From positions 11,098,001 to 11,162,000 of the forward strand of contig JANJGN010000034.1 of the NCBI GenBank assembly GCA_026770705.1: 64,000 bases of DNA. The letters are read 5' to 3'. Shown piece after piece: positions 1 through 11,822 of this stretch. Under the pieces are notes generated by a model. The model was not told the origin of the DNA, did no database searches, and saw only the letters and a list, made by a program, of their open reading frames with translations. Source of the DNA: Isurus oxyrinchus. Lineage: Eukaryota. How positions within the stretch are numbered: position 1 is the stretch's first letter; each line of letters opens with the position of its first letter. Both the position numbers and the translations under genes were made by a program.

Positions 1-90
1 ATTGCTGTAACCCATCTGGTTCACCAGTGTCCTTTAGGGAAGGAAATCTGCCGCCGTTGTCAGGCATGACCTACATGTAGCTCACCGTTA
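1..90 (+). mobile_element. tRNA-derived SINE, central fragment (runs off the window start)
   Basis: aacccatctggttcac...cctttagggaaggaaatctgcc core, also seen in SINE copies at 17.1, 33.0, 39.7 and 57.3 kb. Confidence 0.7.
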
Positions 91-345
91 GCGGCCAATG
101 ATATTAAAAACCCCGCTCGCCCAGTCCGGGTGTGTGTTGCACCAACATATTAACGACCCACTCTTTATCAAATTGCACTGTAGTTAATAGCAATACAGCA
201 TCTGCCTTAGCGCAATTTGTATGAGTGTATTTATTTTTATTGAGTTGGATGTTGGGTCTAGTCAGTCGGGTCGGGCGGTAAGTCATGGGTAAGGGTGCAA
301 GCCGGGGTTCAGTTGAGTGAGGCTGGGTGCCTGCCTGTTCTCCAG

Positions 346-2830
346 CTCTGTGGACCTCTGCACTGGGACTGTGAGAGTTTCTGTGCTGGAACTGTGTAAG
401 TTTCTGTGCTGGGACTGTGTGAGTTTCTGTGCTGGGACTGTGTGAGTTTCTGTGCTGGGACTGTGTGAGTTTCTGTGCTGGGACTGTGTGAGCCTCTGTG
501 CTGGGACTGTGTGAGCCTCTGTGCTGGGACTGTGTGAGTTTCTGCGCTGGGACTGTGTGAGTTTCTGCGCTGGGACTGTGTGAGTTTCTGCGCTGGGACT
601 GTGTGAGTTTCTGCGCTGGGACTGTGTGAGTTTCTGCGCTGGGACTGTGTGAGTTTCTGTTTTGGGACTGTGTGAGTTTCTGTGCTGGGACTGTGTGAGT
701 TTCTGTGCTGGGACTGTGTGAGTTTCTGTGCTGGGACTGTGTGAGTTTCTGTGCTGGGACTGTGGGAGTTTCTGTGCTGGGACTGTGGGAGTTTCTGTGC
801 TGGGACTGTGTGAGTTTCTGTTTTGGGACTGTGTGAGTTTCTGTGCTGGGACTGTGTGAGTTTCTGTGCTGGGACTGTGTGAGTTTCTGTGCTGGGACTG
901 TGTGAGTTTCTGTGCTGGGACTGTGGGAGTTTCTGTGCTGGGACTGTGGGAGTTTCTGTGCTGGGACTGTGTGAGTTTCCGTGCTGGGACTGTGTGTGTT
1001 TCCGTGCTGGGATTGTGTGAGTTTCTGTGCTGGGACTGTGTGAGTTTCCGTGCTGGGACTGTGTGAGTTTCCGTGCTGGGACTGTGTGAGTTTCCGTGCT
1101 GGGACTGTGTGAGTTTCCATGCTGGGACTGCTGTGTGAGTTTCCGTGCTGGGACTGCTGTGTGAGTTTCCGTGCTGGGACTGCTGTGTGAGTTTCTGTGC
1201 TGGGACTGTGTGAGTTTCCGTGCTGGGACTGTGTGAGTTTCCGTGCTGGGACTGTGTGAGTTTCCGTGCTGGGACTGTGTGAGTTTCTGTGCTGGGACTG
1301 TGTGAGTTTCTGTGCTGGGACTGTGTGAGTTTCTGTGCTGGGACTGTGTGAGTTTCCGTGCTGGGACTGTGTGAGTTTCTGTGCTGGGACTGTGTGAGTT
1401 TCTGTGCTGGGACTGTGTGAGTTTCTGTGCTGGGACTGTGTGAGTTTCTGTGCTGGGACTGTGTGAGCCTCTGTGCTGGGACTGTGTGAGCCTCTGTGCT
1501 GGGACTGTGTGAGTTTCTGCGCTGGGACTGTGTGAGTTTCTGCGCTGGGACTGTGTGAGTTTCTGCGCTGGGACTGTGTGAGTTTCTGCGCTGGGACTGT
1601 GTGAGTTTCTGCGCTGGGACTGTGTGAGTTTCTGCGCTGGGACTGTGTGAGTTTCTGTGCTGGGACTGTGTGAGTTTCTGTGCTGGGACTGTGGGAGTTT
1701 CTGTGCTGGGACTGTGGGAGTTTCTGTGCTGGGACTGTGTGAGTTTCCGTGCTGGGACTGTGTGTGTTTCCGTGCTGGGATTGTGTGAGTTTCTGTGCTG
1801 GGACTGTGTGAGTTTCCGTGCTGGGACTGTGTGAGTTTCCGTGCTGGGACTGTGTGAGTTTCCGTGCTGGGACTGTGTGAGTTTCCGTGCTGGGACTGCT
1901 GTGTGAGTTTCCGTGCTGGGACTGCTGTGTGAGTTTCCGTGCTGGGACTGCTGTGGGAGTTTCTGTGCTGGGACTGCTGTGGGAGTTTCTGTGCTGGGAC
2001 TGTGTGAGTTTCCGTGCTGGGACTGTGTGAGCTTCCGTGCGGAGACTCTGTGAGTTTCCGTGCTGGGACTGCTGTGTGAGTTTCCGTGCTGGGACTGTGT
2101 GAGTTTCCGTGCTGGGACTGTGTGAGTTTCTGTGCCGGGACTGTGTGAGCTTCTGTGCCGGGGCTGTGCGCGTTTCTGTGCCGGGGCCGTGCGCGTTTCT
2201 GTGCCGGGGCCGTGCGCGTTTCTGTGCCGGGGCCGTGCGCGTTTCTGTGCCGGGGCCGCACGCGTCTCTGTGCCGGGGCCGTGCGAGTTTCTGAGCTGAG
2301 ATCGTGTTTGTTTCTGTGCTGGAACTGTCTGAGTCTCTGTGCTGTGACTTTGTATGCTGAGGCTCTGAGTTTCTGTCCAGGAATGGCGTGACTCTCTGTT
2401 CTGGGACTTTGTGTTCCTCTGTGGTGCGGCTGTGTGACTTTCTGTGCTGGGACTTTGTGAGTTCCTCTGCTGGGACTGTGTGAGGTTTTTGTGCTCGAAA
2501 CCTGTGCATCTCTGTGCAAGGGTTGTTTGAGTTTCAGCCCTGGGACTCTGTGAGCCTCTGTGCTTGGACTGTGTGAGCTACTGTCCTGGGACTATGTGAG
2601 TTTCTGTGCTGGGTGCCTTTGCATTTCTGCGCCGGTACTATATGTGTTTTTGTACTAGGACAGCACGAATTTATGTCCTGGGGGCCCTCTGCTGGGACTG
2701 TGAGTTTCTGTGTTGGGACTATGTTAGTTTCTGTGTTGGATCGTTGTGTGGCTGTGAGATGGTATGGTGTGCGTCTCTGTGGAGGTACAGCTTGCTTCTC
2801 TGTGTCTGTGCCCTGTACTTTGGGACTGTG
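346..2830 (+). repeat. 23-bp satellite array (ctgtgtgagtttctgtgctggga)n with a homogeneous core
   Basis: Direct tandem units; variant blocks gagcctctg, ctgcgctgg, ttccgtg, and a CpG-rich variant at about 2150-2290. Confidence 0.97.
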
Positions 2831-4042
2831 AAGCTGTATCTGGTCGGTCTTTGTTTGCATGAGGGTCCAAACCTGATCTGACCCTCCAGCTGGTTCACGC
2901 TCTGTTTCTTGCTACATCTGGCCCTGGTTAGGTCATGTGTCTCTTGGATTTGTGCACGTGCTGTGAGAGACAAATTGCCAAAGCTGTGGGATGTTAATCA
3001 TTGGGAAAATGGTGGAGCTGGATGGCGTCTGAGAAGGAGAATGCAGTCTGCTGCTAGAGCCTCCTTGAAAGGGAATTCCACCATCCTCCAATCGTGCAGC
3101 GACCACACGAGACTCAAGCTTCTTTTAACTAATCTGCTGCCAGAGCCTCCTTGTCTCTCTTTGTTCTTGGAACATCATCTGTTTCTCTCATGCCTCTCAA
3201 TTTTAATTCTTGTTACCTCATATTTTCCTTTCCCCAATTCTTTTATCTGTTCATTTTTGTGTCCGCCTTTTGCTGCCTCTCTGCCTCTTTGTCTAAGCCC
3301 CTTTGCCTTTATTACCCTTGAGTCTATCGTTTCCCTTATCTCTATCCCTTCGCGACTGTGTATGACAGTGACCCCAAGTTCAGGTGTTTTATTTCTCCAG
3401 CCTCCAAGCCTCAATTCTTTGCAACATTTTTCAATATTTACACTTGATCAGTCTGTATCCAGATGCAGGCAGCTCCTGATGTAGCTCCTGAAATTCTGAG
3501 GCCCTCCAACCAGCGCTTGTAGTAGCTTCCAACCACCAACAGAGGGTGGGGTTGCATCACTTTGAACACAAGGTAAACAGGTTTCAGGATTTGATCGGAT
3601 TTGACCTTTTTTAATCCATTCATCCAGAGGCAAGGGATCATCCATGCAGAAGCCAGCTAAATTAAAATTGGCACCAGGCAGAACATTCAGTGCTCTGGGC
3701 GGGGATGGGCTCCCATTTGAAAGTAGCCACCTGGACAGACTTTTAAATTTCCCTACAGAGCGATCTGAAAGCTGTTGCCACCATGAAGCTGGGGATCAAG
3801 GTTAAACGGTTCTCTTGCACTACAGAGCACAGGAAAGTAACCTAAGGAAGTTTCTGAATACATTTCTCTGTTTCTCATGGTAAGAACTGACCCATGCTGT
3901 CAATGACATTATGACCTTAGGCTAGTGTCCCATTAAACATGGATTCAAATCCAACCATGGCGGTTCAATATTGTGAAGAACCGTTTTCACAAATCTGGAA
4001 ATAAATAAAAATCACTGATTTCCGTAAAAGTGGCCACGAAGC

Positions 4043-5034
4043 TGATGTAGTGGTTATTTCACACGTGCCTTTAAAAATGTGACTCCAATTCCAAATCAAA
4101 TGCTTAACTACGCTGACTGGTTCCCAAACCGATCCCATCATATCAAACTCAGGGCAGGGAAGACTGAGGCGTTAAGTGTGGAACTTGCATTTTAATCCTC
4201 TGAAGTCAACAATGCATCTGAAAGTTACATTGATCTTTAGAGAGCCACCCCTACCCCATTTCAGCAGTATGTTGGGAGTGGAAAGAGATTTGGGAGTGTA
4301 GGTGAAATCTAACCACAGTGAGATTTTAAAATGTAAGCAAATAATTTCTGATAGATCACCACTTTCAAAACACTTTCTACACTGTGAACTTTCTGTTCTA
4401 AACCATTAAACAAATTGTGTTTAGTTATTGATGAGCTCTATTTGTGTGAATGGGGTGAGTACACCAGCAGCACATTTGCGTTTAATTACAACGTATTCAC
4501 TGGATTCCTGAATCTGGAGGTGATTTGCAGGTTTATGAAAGTTTGAGAAACTAAGTGCCACTTCCAGAGGCTTCCTACTTGGAGCGGGTTTGGATGTAGC
4601 CTCTCGGACATAAAGATTAATGTCCGGGCCATGGCTCTCTAACGGAAAGCTGTGTATTAGACATAGAGCGAGTGGAATGAATGGGATTGTCACATCATAT
4701 ATAGATAGTGGTGATCTATCAGAAATTAATTGCTTACATTTTAAAATCTCACTGTGGTGAGATTTCACCTACAGTCCCAAATCTCTTTCCACTCCCAACA
4801 TACTGCTGAAATTGGGTGGGGATGGCTCTCTGAAGATCAATGTAACTTTCAGACGGATTGTTGACTTCAGAGGATTAAAAGGCAACTTCAGCACTTAACG
4901 TCTCCGTCTTCCCTGTCCTGAGTTTGATATGATGGGATCAGTTTGGGAGCCAGTCAGCGTAGTTAAGCATCACGGTTTTGATTTGGGATTGGAGTCACAT
5001 TTTGAAAGACTCATGTGTAATAACCACTACATCA
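4043..5034. repeat. Inverted repeat: arms 4043-4363 and 4707-5034, 343-bp spacer
   Basis: tgatgtagtggttatt...gatagatcaccact versus agtggtgatctatc...aataaccactacatca; about 90% identity by eye. Confidence 0.93.
4421..4638 (-). pseudogene. Siglec-like terminal cytoplasmic exon with an ITSM-like motif
   Basis: Acceptor tttccgttag; frame reads ...VALSFSNFHKPANHLQIQESSEYVVIKRK (motif 4475-4501), resembling Siglec C-termini of the TEYxxIK type; the next codon TGT may be a lost TGA. Confidence 0.55.
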
Positions 5035-5363
5035 TAATCTCTTTCCTTCTATCTCTGATACCAATCTACTGTTCATACTCAGTTGGAAAAGGTACCTTAA
5101 ATTCTACAGTTTAGTTCCAATAGAAATCTGCTAGACAGGAAAGGTGCATGACAAATTCACTGGGACAATGTCCAGCGCATCACCTCCAGTCAGTGTATTG
5201 GGGCGGCCTGTTCATTATTAAAATGCTCAGTCAAACAAGGTTTCACAACACTCGTTAAATGGTTGAATTGCACTTTCGGAGTTGTTCACATTGGTTACAA
5301 ACAGATTAATAATCAGGTCGATATATCCTTTCGAAATTGGTCAGTTTCCTTCCACTCACTAAC

Positions 5364-5451
5364 CTGGATGGCCCAGGGATGTGGCACCACAGCTTAAGTC
5401 AACACATCGCTGTTGGTCGTGGGGACACAAGCGATGTCACTTTTCATCTTC
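5364..5451 (-). pseudogene. Siglec-like first cytoplasmic exon, ITIM tyrosine position is a stop
   Basis: taataatcag acceptor, gttagt donor, phase 2 to 0, which fits the TM exon; reads (R)KMKSDIACVPTTNSDVLT*AVVPHPWAIQ. Confidence 0.65.
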
Positions 5452-5540
5452 CTGATTATTAAATAAAAGTAAGATTAATCTCCCAGCTGTTTAGAATGAA
5501 GCTTCATAAACCTACTAGTGCCAGTGTGTTCAGTTATAGC

Positions 5541-5642
5541 AACAATAACAGAAAATTCTGGAAAAACTCAGCAGGCCTAACAGCATCTGTGGAGAGAAAG
5601 GCAGGGCTAACGTTTTGAGTCCACATGACTCTTCTTCAGAAC
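5541..5642 (-). mobile_element. Short Penelope-derived element (hammerhead-like core plus 3' tail) with a 16-bp TSD
   Basis: Reverse complement gttctgaagaagagtcatgtggactcaaaacgtta...ctgctgagtttttccag resembles the Penelope tail at 45.6 kb; TSD tgtgttcagttatagc (5525-5540) / tgtgttcaattatagc (5643-5658). Confidence 0.8.
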
Positions 5643-6254
5643 TGTGTTCAATTATAGCTGCCTGATGTACCATCAGGAACTTTGCCCTCTGTCGATTCCT
5701 GATTAACACTGACCCAGTTTGGTTCCTGTTTACTTATTGCTCGTAAACTTGCACCTTACTATGTGAAGGTTTCCCTCTATCTCAGAAAGTTTATCAATGA
5801 CTTGGACCCGCCAGCACTGGCAGAATTTATCAGTCAGCAGAGAGTTTCATCCCCTGTGTAGAGAGCTTGTAACACCTGGCCAAATATCAGGCACAGTCAT
5901 TCGACACATTAAGTTAACATTATTTAAAATATAAATGAATTAATTTTTAAATAAAACGTGTGCACACCTAACACATGTAAGGGAGTGTTACTGTTTGTTA
6001 ACACTAAGTTAGAGAGGTGATTATGAGTTTCATGCAGAGCCTTAATATGTAAAGTAGCAAACAAATGTTTCCTGCGGCCAGTTCACACATTGTTAATAGG
6101 CAGGAGTTCCCGATATTGGTTTAACACGTTGCGTGCAAGGCTGACGGGAGATATTAATGTTATATCAAAAAATGAACTTCTGAAATAGCAGGTAGAACTT
6201 CCTGTTGAAAGAAACGAAAATGACGAGCAAAAGAAAGTAGCGATCAGGGGGCCA

Positions 6255-6472
6255 GTCACAGGGTTAGACCATCATGATTGTACTTCCCTGGCAAACGTTT
6301 CCTCCAATTACAGTCTCCCCTTTCTTCCTCACACTCCCTCCCGCAGGCTCCAGGGGGAGGTAGGAAGGGTTCTGGGAATAAGACTAACATTATGATTTGA
6401 AGTCCTTCGCAGACCCCGTCAGGTTGCCTAAACCAATCCCGGAGACAACCGGGAGCAGGTGTTACCTGTGAC
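6255..6472. mobile_element. Possible degenerate MITE
   Basis: Short terminal inverted match gtcacagg...cctgtgac; no clear TSD. Confidence 0.25.
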
Positions 6473-7599
6473 AACACTGATGTTCACTGTGATCTACCTC
6501 TGCCCCAGCAAGAAACTAATGCCATTTCCTATTGAAGGCAGGACTAGAGTCGATAACCCATCACACCAGAAGGAAGTGTATTCCAGTATTGTACTCAAAC
6601 ATCAATGGCTGACGTTGCACAGATTAAAAGCGATTTGGTGGAAATTGGGCTTAAGCAATCAGTTTAATTCTTCGCGTTCGGTTTGGAAACCTGGACTGTG
6701 TTTTGTTTTCAATTCTAAATGACTTTTGTCATATGTAATTTGCTCACTGTTTCTTCTTTAGGCGCTGGAGGACTGGGGACGACAAACTATTTCAATCCCA
6801 CATGCATGTGAGAATATATTCAGATGTACCTGATGTCCTCTCTGGAGTTGCTACCATGCACGAAGCTGAGGGGAGAACCAAGTCTTTCTTTGCAAATACA
6901 AACTTTCGTGAAGTCACTTTGAATGTAACCTCTTCTGAGTTATCGAGTTCATTCAATTCGCTTGGGCCCAGTTGCATTTTTGCAGATTTTAGCAGCCCGT
7001 TATTTTTGCAAATTCAGAAATTCTGGCAATGTACTTCCAGGAAGCAGATTGAAACTAAATACCTGTAGTAGGAAGGCACCAGAAAAAATAACGCCTTGGC
7101 CCTATCATGTTCTTCCAGAATACATGTATTAATTACCATGCGACTATCCGCCCTCTACAATTAGTCGGATAATTACATTTTTATGAAGCCATCCATACAT
7201 TCTCCCCGATTTACCGCCGTCACTGCTCCTTGCCCTAAAACAATCCCAGAATTTCTGACCCTCCCTATCTTATTTTCAGCTTCCAGTTCTCCTCTTCGCT
7301 TCATCTTCCACTGCTGGTCACAACTTCAGACATTCAGTCCCCACACTCACTGTTATTAACCCCTCTAACCCGCCGCCTCCCCACATCCTTCTTCTCCATG
7401 AAGGCCCTCCATAAACAAACGTCTTTGCCGAAGATCAGCACCGCTCCTATCTCCTACCCTGTCTCCTAGCCCTATCTGCAGCTTTGAATTCATGTCCGAG
7501 TTATGCTTCATTTTACCTCTGTGAAGCTCAGAGAAGAACAAGGCGCTTCAGCAATGCAACTTGTTGCATGATTATTAAACTCGGAGGTAACAATAATGG

Positions 7600-8030
7600 A
7601 GCTGCAATCATATAATGCACTTACTTAAGCATGTCTCCAAATCATTTCTCAGCCAATTAATCAGATTTGAAATTGACCTAAGCTGTTTCTAACAGACGAG
7701 TGGAAGCCATTTAATGCAGGGGAGATCCCATAAACAGCATGGGGGTGACAACTGGTCACTTATTCTGTTGTCGTGGGTTAACTGGGGTAGATATTTGGAA
7801 TGGCAGTGATAGAACTTCACTCCACTTGCACCGAGATTTCCATGTGAGTTTTCCCGCCGGTTTGTGCAGATAGATATTGTTCCACATGACATGCCTCTAA
7901 CCAAAGGCAGTGTCTCTCACAATGTCCCATTGTACTGCAGTGTTCCGGAAGACCCCGTTGACATACTTTATTCTGAATTCTGAACCTACAATTGTGAGAT
8001 ATAGAAGGGAAAGTCTCCAAACCACGTTCT
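7600..8030 (-). mobile_element. Degenerate DeuSINE-like element
   Basis: Weak resemblance to the reverse complement of the Deu central domain as recalled (cccataaacagca..., gtactgcagtg, gaacctacaa). Confidence 0.45.
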
Positions 8031-8306
8031 AAAACACAATCATTCAGTTATCGTTGCTGGCAGAGGCGGTAAATGATCAATAGCCCAGTCCGGGATTGAC
8101 CAGGGGGCGTGAGCCTCTGTCATTCCTGTTTTTTCATTGCACAACGGCCTGGCTTCCATTAGCAGCCCCTTCAAAACTCTTAGCTCATTTTCAGGGTGAG
8201 GAATTTCAGGGCAAACCCTGTAAGCAGTAATTCCGCCGATGCAGAAATCCTGATGCCCCGCACCCTTTCGAATCTGTGTTGAATTATTTACGCAGCACAC
8301 ACATAC

Positions 8307-8391
8307 CTGTGTACCTTCACCGCGATCGGGATCAGAGTGATAACTGCAGCGACTGTTCCAACTGGGCTGACAATTATCCAGGGGAAGATTC
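8307..8391 (-). pseudogene. Transmembrane exon of the Siglec-like gene
   Basis: attattttag acceptor, gtatgt donor, phase 1 to 2; reads (G)IFPWIIVSPVGTVAAVITLIPIAVKVH(R). Confidence 0.75.
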
Positions 8392-8878
8392 CTAAAATAA
8401 TCAAAAATATCTTCTTGTTCATTATTGGCCTCAGTTACAACTTAGTTGCAAGGCAACTTTTCTTTCTGAATGTAAATTCACGTTTCATATATATTGACGT
8501 TGAAGAATTCGAAGTCTGATTAATTCTGCCAAATCCTCAAACTCAGCACGTAATCTCATTAAAAATGCTTGTTGTGGTTCTGTTATTGTGTTGTGGCCTC
8601 TTCACCCCAGAAGGATCAGGCAACATTTGAACCCATTCGTCCTAGTAGGATTTGGAACTTGATTTCAGGCACATGTATGGCCCTGTTTTGTGTCCTGTGT
8701 GAAGCTGCAATACTTACATCAATCTTGGTTTCATTTACGGCAAGCTCATGTGAAAGTAAAACTAATGGAGTGCCCGGATACAATGTCATCTACACCTCTC
8801 AGCCTCGGTAACAGGTTGTGAATCTCTCAGTGCAGAGGAGATGCTTTAGCACAGCAGTAACATCTGACCCTAGCAAAC

Positions 8879-9793
8879 TGTCATGGCCCAATATTTCCTG
8901 AACTTCATTTTTGTTTGCACATTTTAAAACTGATCACAAAAGGCGTCAAAAAGATGAAGTCTGAGGGCCACCGTAATTTTCTGGATTTGACCCTACTTCC
9001 CTTCTCAAGAGGGACAAAAGGAACCTTCCAGAGTGATGCTGAATCAATGTCCTTTCCTTAAGATAATTCAAAACCTTAATCAAATTCTTTGGGTCGCTAA
9101 GATACAAAAACATTGAAATGACAACTTTGGGCTTGTAAACAACATACCACCCGATTTATATACCACCAAAATTGTCCAAGTCACATGATGAGAAAGCCGC
9201 ATTGTTGTCTACTTTTTTTAAAAAAGGAATGCGTTTTCTTGCAGACATGGTTCCAACTGTAGTCTTCAAACTACCTGGAAACCATCCGAGAAGATAAAGA
9301 AGTGGACAACAATACCGTGAAACCTGGGGATGGGCTCCACCTAACTCGTTCCATCTCCGAGGTCACCTGAGATCCAAGAACCTATCTCCTGGAAATATCA
9401 CCACAAGAAGCCTTACAGCTTACAAAAAATCATCTGCTTCACAAGACCTTCACTTCAACACAAGCATCAATTCATCTCAGAAACTATAGGAATTCCACGA
9501 ACGGGACAGGGAAAGTTATGAGCTGCAACCATATTGTTTTATCTTCATCGGTGTCCTTTTTTGTGTTTACAGTAGTGTGTGTAAAACAAGTTAATGGGTC
9601 GTGACGTTCTTAAATATCTGGACTAAGTGCGTGATAATAAATGGCCTCCTTTATTTTAGATCTCACAATAATCTTGATGCTGCAATTATTTATTCCGGGC
9701 AATCTCTTTGAGGGCATGTAAACACACACCCCATAGATAGGAACTTATTGTTCAGGGTCAGTAAAAGGGTACCCATAAATTCTGTCCATGACA
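8879..9793 (+). mobile_element. Probable solo LTR
   Basis: TGTCATGG...CCATGACA inverted termini and AATAAA at 9636-9641; only the 3' part is retained in the right duplication arm (about 19962-20210). Confidence 0.55.
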
Positions 9794-10856
9794 CAGCTCA
9801 TGTGAACCACTCTTAGAAAGTAGTGTTTGCATCACCATGGTAATATCAAAGTTCACATCATGGTGTTAAGTTAGATTACATCCCCAGGTATAACCTCAAT
9901 AACCTCTATATATCCATATTATACTCAAACTTGGTAGCTTCCTATTCAATGTATCATTACAATCTCTACATGCCTTTTCAATTATCCCTAATATCCTTCT
10001 TCAAATTTCAAGAATAACTCGTTTCGTGGTCTTCCCTTGGAATGTATAAATAGGTTGAGGTTGGACTAGTGTCAGGCTGTGAGGCCGAGCAGTTAAGGCT
10101 GAAAGGAGAAAATTCTAAACTCAGAGGGTTGCAAATCTTTGAAGCGCTCTATCCCGGAGAGCTGTGAATGCTTAGCCACTGAGCGTATTCAAGGCTGACA
10201 TATGTTTCAGACCAGAGGGGAATCAAAGAATGTGAGGGACTCGCGACACGGTTGAATTGAGGTCAAAGATCAGTTACGACTGGATTGGATGAGGAGTAGT
10301 CTCCAGATAGACACGCAGGAACAGAATAATTAGGAGCAGGCCATTCGGCCCTCGAACCTGCTCCACCATTCAATAAGATCATGGCTGCTCTGATTGTGGC
10401 CTCAACCCCTTATAGATTACTATAAGTTTGGTAGGGAACTGCATTTAAGCAATTTGGCAAAGGAGGACAGTTGCTCGAGCGATTGTTTTTGGATGCCGAA
10501 GAGGAAGGTCAAAGCGGCTGAATACATGACCCCTAATCGGGGTAAATGTCTCTGATGAGCAAGAGACTAAAAAGTTGAGGGGTGCAGATTTCTCGGAAGT
10601 TAACAGAGACAGGGAAGTAAGAACTCATGAAGGGATTTGAAGTCAAGAAAATTTCTCTGAATCGCGCCATTGCTGGGCCGGGCGTCCTGTGCATTTTAAT
10701 TTGAATGAAACTGTGTTGCATTCGTTTGATGGTTCATCAGGTTTTCAATTTTCCAGAATTTATCAAACCAGTAACGCAGTTGTTTGGCCTGTTTGTTCCC
10801 TTCCTGACATTGACCACGGGTAAATTTCTTATCTTTTTTATTAATTTCTGTTTCAG

Positions 10857-10967
10857 ACGATTTATAGCCCCTGGAAAGTGAACAGGAGAGCGCAAAATAG
10901 ACTTGATTTTGGTGGTTTATTCGAAAACTGGCGAGCAGTGATAATGTGTTCAGCTTGTGATTTACAG
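10857..10967 (+). pseudogene. Probable decayed leader exon of the Siglec-like gene
   Basis: ttctgtttcag acceptor, cag|gtattt donor; ...FENWRAVIMCSACDLQ is signal-peptide-like, but a suitably placed ATG is missing and the phase is off. Confidence 0.35.
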
Positions 10968-11456
10968 GTATTTTATCGTCTTTTGTTGCCTTTCCATACA
11001 ATACTTAAATATTGGACCTCTCACATTACATTTGACGAGCATTATAATGCACTTTTATGGAACACTAATTCGTGTTTATTGAGCATTTCGATTGATAGAC
11101 AATAACTATTTAATTTTCATTTCAATTAAACGTGTTTGAATGCATATTTCATAAATGTTGTTATTGAAGATTCATTTAGGGAGCAACCTGTACGCTTTTA
11201 GCTGAGGATTGAATATATTTCTGGGTAGCTCATTAGCATTAATCAAATTGATGTTCCAATAATCATTTTAAAAGTTGTGATTGGTATTTGCTTAGCATTT
11301 CATTTGATCTGAAAACGCATTAAATGATATATAAATTGCGATTCTAATGGGCAAGTGTTTGTCAATCAATACAATTTTTAATTGGTATTAAAGCTGATGC
11401 AATGGACTTTGAATGAATAGTTAAAGGTTATCTAATGTTTGTTTTATCTCTCTCAG

Positions 11457-11822
11457 TCATTCGTAGCGTGATGCCTGAAGATGTGTCGGCCACGGTGGGT
11501 TCAACTGCAGTGCTCCCGTGCAGGATTGATATTACTGAGTACAGCATCCAATTAGAGGGAAACTGTTTAAGGGGAAACTCTGTTCCTGGTAACCTCGATG
11601 GTTTCACTATCTGTGATTCGAAAAACCCAGACAGGCAGCGTAATAACTTCCGTGGGAGAGCTGAACTCAGTGGAAACCTTCAAACAGGGCGATGCTCCCT
11701 CCTGAAGAAGGACATTAACATGAGTGATGAAGGGACATGTCAATTCATCGCGAAAATCACCTCCAAGTGGCCTTATTCTAAGTTTCGCACTGAGAATTCT
11801 GAAGTCCGGTTTCCTGTTTTAA
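11457..11822 (+). pseudogene. Siglec/MAG-like V-set Ig exon
   Basis: Phase 1-1 exon with canonical splice sites; VGSTAVLPC...FRGRAELSGNLQTGRCSLL..D..SDEGT shows the Siglec B-E cysteine pattern; frame is open but the conserved W, Y and Arg positions are substituted. Confidence 0.85.

Larger units (their letters stand above)
1..10782 (+). repeat. Left arm of a large inverted segmental duplication
   Basis: 1-3700 matches the reverse complement of 20601-23467, and about 9548-10782 matches the reverse complement of 17918-20210, including non-TE sequence; roughly 70-80% identity by eye. Confidence 0.9.

Noticed and set aside
104-2519. 801-aa and 736-aa ORFs on the - strand
   Set aside because: They translate the 23-bp satellite, whose - strand has no stop in any frame; the 23-aa peptide repeat equals three DNA units and appears in overlapping frames
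346-2830. CRISPR-like array
   Set aside because: Units are head-to-tail with no unique spacers, there are no cas genes, and the context is eukaryotic
6748-7062. Exon-like segment on the - strand bounded by AG and GT
   Set aside because: Stops in all three frames and no recognisable domain
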